Shown piece by piece: positions 6,007 to 12,413 of a stretch of DNA of 12,413 bases (within the stretch, counting starts at the first letter, position 1; every line of letters starts with the position of its first letter). This DNA comes from Candidatus Thorarchaeota archaeon. Lineage in GTDB: Archaea > Asgardarchaeota > Thorarchaeia > Thorarchaeales > Thorarchaeaceae. A program made the translations under genes and the position numbers. The notes under the pieces are model-generated. The model saw only the letters and a list, made by a program, of their open reading frames with translations. It was not told where the DNA came from and made no database searches. The stretch is from positions 1 through 12,413 of the forward strand of contig JBHLRS010000064.1 of assembly GCA_048882325.1 (NCBI GenBank). Direction: 5' to 3'.

Positions 6007-6762
6007 ATGACTGATAGATTGACAGAACTTGAGGAGATTCATACCATTGTTTCACAGAATCCGACAGAGGTCTCCAAAGACACACGTAAACGGTTCTGGA
6101 AACTCGTACGCCAAATTAAGAAGAATCCAAGACCAGATGAGCAGGAGGTCATTAAAGCTTCAGAGGTCAGAGATATTCTCTTTGAAGTGGATCGAGGAAA
6201 GACGTACCCTCTAGGTCCCGCGTTAGTGGCGGAAATCATCCTTGGACTAGTGGCTCTCTTTGGTTATATTTGGACTTTGGGATCATCTTTGGTCTGGAGT
6301 GGTATACTCACTTGGGCTTTGGCGGATTGGATTACTTTCGGTCTCCGATTTCTCTGTATCTTCTTTACTATCGCTTTCTTCTTTCCTATTGGACGAGTTA
6401 TTGGAGGGAAGTGGGCTGGAATCAAACTACTGGGGATGTCCACATCCCAAGCCAATGAGCCTGCAGTAAAGATAGATTATGTGACCTTTCTAAAGACTCC
6501 TGCACCAAAACGAAAATGGTTCTTCTTCTTCTCTGGTGTTTGGAACATCATAACATCCTTTTGGATATGGCTTCTTGGGATGTATTTGGCATGGGATTAT
6601 ACTGCATTGATAGTTGTAATCATATTCACGCTCTTCGAGGGATCTATTGTCCTAAGTGGAAACTCATCGTCATCACGGGGTGAGATGGGAAACTACAATC
6701 GGGAGAAAAAAATAGAGCAAGCATGGAAGAAGAACTTGGTAATGCTGAATGAAGAGACCTGA
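6007..6762 (+). CDS. Membrane protein (about 4 TM) with an N-terminal helical domain, M50/site-2-protease-like layout without HExxH
   Basis: The ORF extends to 5920, but ATG 6007 (MTDRLTELEE) leaves room for a divergent promoter and is more plausible. Four hydrophobic segments. FPIGRVIGGKWAGIK...KRKWFFFFSGVWN...RGE parallels HExxHxxxAxxxG...RxxIxxAGPxxN...DG. Confidence 0.7.
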   Translation: MTDRLTELEEIHTIVSQNPTEVSKDTRKRFWKLVRQIKKNPRPDEQEVIKASEVRDILFEVDRGKTYPLGPALVAEIILGLVALFGYIWTLGSSLVWSGILTWALADWITFGLRFLCIFFTIAFFFPIGRVIGGKWAGIKLLGMSTSQANEPAVKIDYVTFLKTPAPKRKWFFFFSGVWNIITSFWIWLLGMYLAWDYTALIVVIIFTLFEGSIVLSGNSSSSRGEMGNYNREKKIEQAWKKNLVMLNEET

Positions 6763-6781
6763 CCGTCTGTGGATTAAAGTA

Positions 6782-7696
6782 TCACTCTTTCATTTCTAGC
6801 CAATCTGCCAGTAGATTTGCATCTTCAAGTAGGACCTCAACCACACTGGGCCAGATAGTTCCGTCATCACGGTCCTTATTCTCGAAATTGTTAGTGTTTA
6901 TCCATTCAGTCAGGGCTGATTTGGTTGCATCATCAAAGGAACTCGCATCATCTTCTTTCAGATACCCAAGAGTTACCAGAGCTTGCTGAATGATTGTCAG
7001 AAGGTCGCCTTCAATCCTCATGAGCAGATTGGGGTCCTCACGAGATAGCAATGTCATGTCATAGATATTGAAGATCCTTACTAGCTCATTGATTGGGTCT
7101 GGATGTTCATCAACTCGAACATCTACATACCTATCGTTTCCTCCTTCATACCCTCCTGCCTCCCGAACAACAAGTATGGAGGCGGATTGCATTCCTCTAC
7201 GGTCCCCACCTGCAGCTTGTCCTGCGATGAGTCCTGCAAACAGCTTGTCTATAATATCACCATCTGTTCGTTCGAAAGCCTCAGCCATATCTATAACGAC
7301 AGCCTCACTTGCAAGGATGTTCCCCTGACACGTGAATCCATCACCCACGATTTGACCAGCCCACTCCATACATTCAGATCCAGTGTGAGCCATAGCCTGT
7401 CCATTAGCATCTACTATGCCAATTTGACGATGTTCTCGGCCTTCATCTCCGTCAAGGAGAATCTTCAAGGTTTCTGATGCACTCTTCCCAGATTCAAGCA
7501 ATGTAAGTCCATTTGGCCCATATCCAACATTCGCCCACGCTTGAGTTGCTATAGCTCCAATATTCGCCTTGGCCCATGGGACCACAGAGCCAACTGCTGG
7601 AAACTTTGATTGCACTATAATCCCGAGATCACAATTCACTGGGTCCCGAGCAACAATTGAAAAAGTTGAGGGATAGCTAATCTTTGACATGTACAT
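6782..7696 (-). CDS. DUF1028 family Ntn-hydrolase-superfamily protein with a C-terminal putative peptidoglycan-binding-like domain
   Basis: TFSIVARDP, VQSKFPAVGSVVPWAKANIGAIATQ, HRQIGIVD, QGNIL, AGGDRRGMQSA and DVRVDEHPDPINEL. C-terminal IQQALVTLGYL...FDDATKSALTEWINTNNFE. The start could be 7690. Confidence 0.92.
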   Translation of the reverse strand: MYMSKISYPSTFSIVARDPVNCDLGIIVQSKFPAVGSVVPWAKANIGAIATQAWANVGYGPNGLTLLESGKSASETLKILLDGDEGREHRQIGIVDANGQAMAHTGSECMEWAGQIVGDGFTCQGNILASEAVVIDMAEAFERTDGDIIDKLFAGLIAGQAAGGDRRGMQSASILVVREAGGYEGGNDRYVDVRVDEHPDPINELVRIFNIYDMTLLSREDPNLLMRIEGDLLTIIQQALVTLGYLKEDDASSFDDATKSALTEWINTNNFENKDRDDGTIWPSVVEVLLEDANLLADWLEMKE

Positions 7697-7834
7697 GGAG
7701 CTCCCGTAACGTTCAAAGTTTGTTAAAGGGGTTCCTGTATTTAGACAATCCGATTATGTTTCGAAAAGAGTCATTGTTTTTTAGGGAAATCTTTTCTTAC
7801 CAAATCATATGAATTGTGTGGAAGGTCGGTAGAT

Positions 7835-8329
7835 GTGGTAGCTGAGATATTCATCAGGTATGTGACAACCAATGGGTTAGAGAGAACAGCTCGCTTCAAA
7901 TCTGACGAAACGAGTATCAATCTAGACCTTCGTAACATAGCACAAGTAGATTTACTCCCTCTGATTTGGTGCGAAAAAATTGAGTCTCTTTGCATTCGCA
8001 ATAATAGTCTTACAGAGATTGACCTCTACCCGTTGGAAAAGAGTGGGAAAAATCTGAAAGCTGTGAGGTTGAGTAACAATAGGTTGCAAGAGATTGATTT
8101 AGAACCATTGAGTTCTTGTCCAAACCTCGAAGAAGTATCACTGTTAAACAATCGCCTAAAACGAATCGATCTTTCACCCTTATTCCACTGTCCTAATCTC
8201 AAAGAGTTAAAAATCAATGATGATGTTGGACTAACTGCAGACCTTCTCCTAAGGTCTGTCGGTAGTTGGCCAGAAGTATTGATTGAACGATATCATCGTA
8301 TTCTTTGGAAAGCAGATCCAACCGCGTGA
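7835..8329 (+). CDS. Leucine-rich repeat protein
   Basis: Four 24-25-aa repeats of the form LxxIDLxPLxxCxNLxxLxLxNNx. GTG 7835 is preceded by GGAAGGT; the ORF track starts at TTG 7814. Confidence 0.9.
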   Translation: MVAEIFIRYVTTNGLERTARFKSDETSINLDLRNIAQVDLLPLIWCEKIESLCIRNNSLTEIDLYPLEKSGKNLKAVRLSNNRLQEIDLEPLSSCPNLEEVSLLNNRLKRIDLSPLFHCPNLKELKINDDVGLTADLLLRSVGSWPEVLIERYHRILWKADPTA

Positions 8330-8346
8330 TTTTGGAGGTGCACTAT

Positions 8347-9156
8347 ATGGATGCTGGACTATCTGGAAAGCATGTTCTAGTAACAGGAGCATCAGGAGGT
8401 ATCGGTATTGAAGTCACTCGGATGTTTCTTCATGAAGAGGCACATGTGACTGGAACCTATAATCGTGCTAAAGGACCGATTAGAAGCCTGATGAAGGAAT
8501 GGTCAGATAGTTTCAAAGCAGTAAAAGTGGACCAGACATCAGAGGATGATGTCAAGCAATTATTTGAAGAGGCCAACCGGGCTTTTGGTCGAGTGGATGT
8601 TCTAGTTGCGAATGCGGGGATAGCAAATCACGAAGGAAAGGCAATACAGGAGATGAGTCTTAAACAGTGGGAGAACACACTCAAGGTGAATCTCACAGGT
8701 ACCTTTCTTTGTGCAAAATATTTCTTCTTGAACTTGGAGAAGTTCAAGGATGAAGCAGCCTCTCTCATTCTGGTTGGGTCCACCGCGGGATTCTTTGGTG
8801 AGGCTTGGTACGTCGATTATTCCACTTCCAAGTCAGCAATGCATGGAATGATGATGAGTCTGAAAAATGAAATTGTTCACCTAGCTCCAAAGGGGAGGGT
8901 CAATCTTGTCAATCCTGGGTGGACAATGACAGCAATGGCAGAGGATGCTTTGACTGACAGAAACATGATGAGGAGAATCCTGCAAACAATCCCAATGCGC
9001 AAAACAGCAGTTCCGGAAGATGTTGCTGGGGCCATCCTCTATCTTGCATCAGACACGCTTGCAGGTCACGTTAGTGGTCAGACGATAACAGTTGCAGGCG
9101 GCATGGAGGGGAGAGTACTCTTTACGAAAGAAGAGATTAGTAAGTCTGAGAGTTAG
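8347..9156 (+). CDS. Classical short-chain dehydrogenase/reductase (SDR), probably NADP(H)-dependent
   Basis: TGASGGIG, DVLVANAG, catalytic S (GSTAG), YSTSK, RVNLVNPG and SGQTITVAGG. GGAGGTG RBS at 8334-8340 before ATG 8347. Basic residue after beta-2 (TYNR). Confidence 0.95.
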   Translation: MDAGLSGKHVLVTGASGGIGIEVTRMFLHEEAHVTGTYNRAKGPIRSLMKEWSDSFKAVKVDQTSEDDVKQLFEEANRAFGRVDVLVANAGIANHEGKAIQEMSLKQWENTLKVNLTGTFLCAKYFFLNLEKFKDEAASLILVGSTAGFFGEAWYVDYSTSKSAMHGMMMSLKNEIVHLAPKGRVNLVNPGWTMTAMAEDALTDRNMMRRILQTIPMRKTAVPEDVAGAILYLASDTLAGHVSGQTITVAGGMEGRVLFTKEEISKSES

Positions 9157-9407
9157 TCTTTCTCATGTCTACGGAATGTTTCAGTCTTTTTCCGTTCTTC
9201 TTTCTTCCCGAGGGGAAATGGCATAGTTGAGTCCTTTCGGGGAGAATGATAGGCTTCACCAGCTACATCTGTTGAACCTGGTGCGTAAAGCATCGTTGGT
9301 TTTGAGCTTCTCGGTGATCCTCGAGAGTCCCTTCCTCTGCCACTATAGGCAAACAGGATAATCATTGGAATGATGACACATATGATCAATACTACAAGCC
9401 AAATCAT
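9153..9407 (-). CDS. 84-aa single-pass membrane protein with a basic, disordered tail
   Basis: MIWLVVLIICVIIPMIILFAY hydrophobic helix followed by a R/S/P/K-rich tail. It occupies the gap between the SDR and the methyltransferase. The longer 9755 start is antisense to the methyltransferase. Confidence 0.7.
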   Translation of the reverse strand: MIWLVVLIICVIIPMIILFAYSGRGRDSRGSPRSSKPTMLYAPGSTDVAGEAYHSPRKDSTMPFPLGKKEERKKTETFRRHEKD

Positions 9408-9510
9408 TGCTGCACATCCGGCAGAAGATACTCCTGAGACCACATAGACTTTCGCAATGGTTCGTTTCGTAAGATTGAAGTTACTAAGCGAGTGTGTGCT
9501 GTCGTTTCTA

Positions 9511-10272
9511 ATGAGCTCGTTTGATGATGTTGCATTAGCGTATGACGACGCGATTGATTGGAAGGCAAGACTCGCAAGAGAGATGCCATTCATCATTAAA
9601 CGGCTTGGAGATCCTACTGGCAAACGAGTTTTGGATCTTGCTTGCGGGACTGGAAGACATTCGGTAGCTCTTGCGCTTGCAGGTGCAGAGGTGTGGGGAA
9701 TTGATAATAGCAAGGTAATGATTTCAAGAGCCAAAGAACATGCATTGTCAAACAACGTCGCACCTCACTTCGTGCTTGGCGAGATGGCTGAGTTCGAGTC
9801 GGTTTCCAAAGAGTCGTTTGATTTGATTATATGCCTAGGAAACTCCCTGGCACTTCTTGATGACCTGAATATGGTCGAGAGAGTTCTATCCTCAGCCTAT
9901 AGGTCACTGAATGAAGGAGGAATCTTCATAGCTCAGGTATTGAACTTTGAGGAGATTCACAGAACTGGTTTCAGATTCTTCCCACAGAAGGGGGGAAAAA
10001 TGACCACTGGAGAGGATGTTGTGTTCTCGAGATTCTATGAACACAGTGACCCACCTAATTCTTCAACTCTTGTCATGTCCGCACAAATGAAGGTCAGGGA
10101 TGAATGGATTTCTTTAGTTTCAACACAGAAGGTACTCAATCTAAACTCAAACCTGCTGAAACGCTATCTCGCACAAGCTGGCTTTCGAGAAACAAGGTTC
10201 TACTCCGATTATTCAGAGTCTCTCTTTGTTGGGAGTGATGACCGTAACATGGTCATACACTCCCTGAGATGA
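9511..10272 (+). CDS. Class I SAM-dependent methyltransferase (glycine/sarcosine N-methyltransferase-like motifs)
   Basis: VLDLACGTGRH (motif I), GIDNS, FDLIICLGNSL and LNEGGIFI. ATG 9511 (MSSFDDVA) is preferred over 9457. Confidence 0.92.
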   Translation: MSSFDDVALAYDDAIDWKARLAREMPFIIKRLGDPTGKRVLDLACGTGRHSVALALAGAEVWGIDNSKVMISRAKEHALSNNVAPHFVLGEMAEFESVSKESFDLIICLGNSLALLDDLNMVERVLSSAYRSLNEGGIFIAQVLNFEEIHRTGFRFFPQKGGKMTTGEDVVFSRFYEHSDPPNSSTLVMSAQMKVRDEWISLVSTQKVLNLNSNLLKRYLAQAGFRETRFYSDYSESLFVGSDDRNMVIHSLR

Positions 10273-10274
10273 GA

Positions 10275-11768
10275 TCACATGCTTGATTTTCGCCGCAGAA
10301 TTGCGATAACTAAGACCACAACTCCAATTATACTGACAGATAGTAGGATAGGAGGAGAAGTTTGGTGTCCCAGTAATGCTTTTTCAAGAGCGTCTGCAGC
10401 AACATCCCAGACATCTGCGATTGTAGTGAGATGCGTTCGAATCGCTGCTAAATCCTCCTCATAAACAGACACTGATGATGATAGGTCGCCATCAAATATG
10501 TACTCATACTGATAGGCGATACTCTCGAATATATTTGTCATCATCTTCACTCCGCCAGTATAGAAAGGAGTGTTGACAGTCGAATTATCAGCAAACACCT
10601 CAAGGTGTTCAAGTGCTAGCTTACCTTCAGAAACAAAACTCTGGAGATCGAGGTCTGGGAGTATCTTTGGGAGTGCATAAATTGCGGCTCTATATGACTC
10701 ATATTGGAGAGTCAAGGACTTTTCAATTTCAAATCCAAGATTCTGTAAGATAATAGACCTTGTATGTAAATCATATTCGTCAAACTCGTCAATAAATAGG
10801 GAAAGTCCGGTATCGGTAAGGTCAGCTGCCATTGCTCTGAATGCGTTAGAACCAAAATTCCAGAAGAACAAATCTTCAGATCCTGGGGCATAAGAGATTC
10901 TATCACCATGCAATCTCTCTGCAATATAATTGGCTAGACTTTGAGAGAAGTCTTCAGTAGTTCTAGATCCTGGTTTGATAATAGTCGTACCATAAAGTCC
11001 AAGCCAGGCTTTGTTTAGTGATGTGAGGTTGATTTCATAGTACCAGCTTCCATCATTGGGAAATGACGCGGGATTATCAAATAACCCAATTCCAGGGTCT
11101 ATGATTTGAGCAGTACCTGAGGTTTCATTGTAACCAGTTATTAGAATCGAGTGGGTGGGAACAGTTTCGTTTAGCCCAAAATCCCTGACTAAATCGTAGT
11201 CGGGGGCCGGGAGATTCTGCAAGTTGACATAGACTTCAACTGGATATCCACTATCTATCCCATCTTTTAGAACCTGAAAGGCATCTTCCCACCCATCTAT
11301 TTCTGTCCAGTTGACATTATACGACTCCATAATCAATGAGAACGGCAGACCAATGTCAGTACTATCAGTATCGAGGTAGAATTCCACTTCGAAACCGAAA
11401 AGATCTGCAGCAGTAGCAAGTGTACTCTGTTGCCTGTACATTGACCCAGAGAGAAACATCCAGATGTCTTCGTACCGAACATAGCCTGCTGTGAATCCTA
11501 TGCCTGTTGCAGCAAAAACATCAGCAAGGTCTAGTTGAATCCCAATACTCTGTAATGCCATTGAGAGAGTTGCCCAATAGCAGAAACCATTGATCTGTTG
11601 CCAAACATATGAGATATCCATCACCTCTCCTGAGTCAGCAGATTGTTTCCAATCCACTTCCACATAACTAGCATTATCTAGTTCCAAAACTCCTGGAACA
11701 CTTACACTGAGAAAGATGATCAAGATAAGAAAGATACCTATTCGATTTCGAGCTAACTTCAATTCCAT
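10275..11768 (-). CDS. Secreted, C-terminally membrane-anchored papain-fold protein (peptidase C39-like / BtrH N-terminal-like)
   Basis: Signal/anchor helix RNRIGIFLILIIFLSVSV. QQINGFCYWA (Q/Cys), GYPV, THSILITGYN (His) and IIDP (Asp). Several N-glycosylation sequons. C-terminal TM followed by RRK. Start at ATG 11768 or TTG 11762; the latter is better spaced from GGAGG. Confidence 0.85.
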   Translation of the reverse strand: MELKLARNRIGIFLILIIFLSVSVPGVLELDNASYVEVDWKQSADSGEVMDISYVWQQINGFCYWATLSMALQSIGIQLDLADVFAATGIGFTAGYVRYEDIWMFLSGSMYRQQSTLATAADLFGFEVEFYLDTDSTDIGLPFSLIMESYNVNWTEIDGWEDAFQVLKDGIDSGYPVEVYVNLQNLPAPDYDLVRDFGLNETVPTHSILITGYNETSGTAQIIDPGIGLFDNPASFPNDGSWYYEINLTSLNKAWLGLYGTTIIKPGSRTTEDFSQSLANYIAERLHGDRISYAPGSEDLFFWNFGSNAFRAMAADLTDTGLSLFIDEFDEYDLHTRSIILQNLGFEIEKSLTLQYESYRAAIYALPKILPDLDLQSFVSEGKLALEHLEVFADNSTVNTPFYTGGVKMMTNIFESIAYQYEYIFDGDLSSSVSVYEEDLAAIRTHLTTIADVWDVAADALEKALLGHQTSPPILLSVSIIGVVVLVIAILRRKSSM

Positions 11769-11837
11769 TCCTCCTTTGGAAAAGTTGTGGCAAGGTGGAG
11801 CATCCAACACCAAAGTACTCCACCTTTACCACGTTCT

Positions 11838-12413
11838 CTAGACGTCAGGTCTAGAGAGATATCGAATACCTGACCAAACAAGGACCCCTGCGAGGACCCA
11901 CTGCACCAAGAGCCCGATGACGGAAATTCCAATCATCATGTTGCCAGGACCAAAGAAGTTCCCAATCATTCCAAAGAAATCAATGCCAAGACCGAGGGTT
12001 AGAAGGATGTCCATGAAAAGAACCCCCATGATAGAGAACTCTGCAAGCATGACAGAGGTCATCACATTCGCCTGATGTGCTGGTGACTTTGTGTCCTCAT
12101 AGTTTGGATTTCGAGCTGTCACTCCAGTTGCCATGAGCATTCCACCAAGGACTGCTAGATATCCAAGACCTAACAGCATGAAGAGCTGGAAAACTGTCAT
12201 CTCGATTATGAAGTAGATGACCACCGAAGGTATGACAGCGAGAGGTATGCCAATCATCGCCTGGGAAACAATCCTGCTCCTGACGAATTTGGATGCTCCA
12301 GATGGAGCACCTTGAATGATCCAGAGCTGATCCTTGCTCTCAAGAAATCCTGTGCCAGCAAAGGGCATTGACCCAATCAATGACATCATGACTATCAACA
12401 TCATGAAGAGGTC
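11838..12413 (-). CDS. C-terminal part of a multi-TM membrane protein, putative ABC exporter permease, 5' end outside the window
   Basis: The frame is open to the right edge. About five hydrophobic segments. ESKDQLWIIQGAPSGASKFVRSR resembles the ExxxxWxxxxxPxxxxxxxxxK/R loop of ABC-2-like permeases. Confidence 0.7.
   Translation of the reverse strand, partial: DLFMMLIVMMSLIGSMPFAGTGFLESKDQLWIIQGAPSGASKFVRSRIVSQAMIGIPLAVIPSVVIYFIIEMTVFQLFMLLGLGYLAVLGGMLMATGVTARNPNYEDTKSPAHQANVMTSVMLAEFSIMGVLFMDILLTLGLGIDFFGMIGNFFGPGNMMIGISVIGLLVQWVLAGVLVWSGIRYLSRPDV

Noticed and set aside
3668-7477. Small ORFs inside the ACAD, 252-aa, M50-like and DUF1028 genes
   Set aside because: Shadow ORFs, antisense or in an alternative frame, with no protein-like features.
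7771-8217. Minus-strand ORFs 7771-8001 and 8026-8217
   Set aside because: Antisense to the LRR gene.
9446-9755. N-terminal extension of the 200-aa ORF 9153-9755 (-) and most of ORF 9404-9589
   Set aside because: Largely the antisense shadow of the methyltransferase. Only the last 84 codons of the 200-aa ORF look like a real protein.
10279-10924. ORFs 10279-10464 (+) and 10712-10924 (-)
   Set aside because: Nested in the C39/BtrH-like gene with no motifs.

Overview
Gene-dense archaeal window. The IDLxPL-type LRR protein, GGAGG/AGGTGA Shine-Dalgarno sites, N-glycosylation sequons on surface proteins and the gene mix suggest an Asgard archaeon, probably Thorarchaeota-like; this is inference only. 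I support 17 CDS, two of them cut by the window edges. Three are absent from or mis-called in the ORF track: 1-92 (-), a 55-aa tandem Cys/His metal-binding protein at 3190-3357 (-), and an 84-aa single-pass protein at 9153-9407 (-). A co-oriented minus-strand run (5894 to 851) encodes, in order: an internally duplicated protein with a TYW3-like SCSG motif, a zinc-ferredoxin homolog with two complete [4Fe-4S] motifs, an acyl-CoA dehydrogenase, the mini metalloprotein, a nitroreductase, a 3-TM protein with an acidic tail, and a receptor-like protein (signal peptide, ectodomain, TM, Zn ribbon, winged-helix-like region, 2 TM). The RBS and start codon of the receptor-like gene lie inside a predicted hairpin. 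The rest of the window holds a CitX-like protein, an M50-like membrane protein lacking HExxH, a DUF1028 Ntn-hydrolase, an LRR protein, an SDR, a SAM methyltransferase, a surface-anchored C39/BtrH-like papain-fold protein and a partial ABC-type permease. I saw no rRNA, tRNA, CRISPR array or mobile element. The best candidate for an undescribed system is the two-gene membrane sensor/regulator module at 851-2536. All family assignments come from motif recognition by eye, not from searches.
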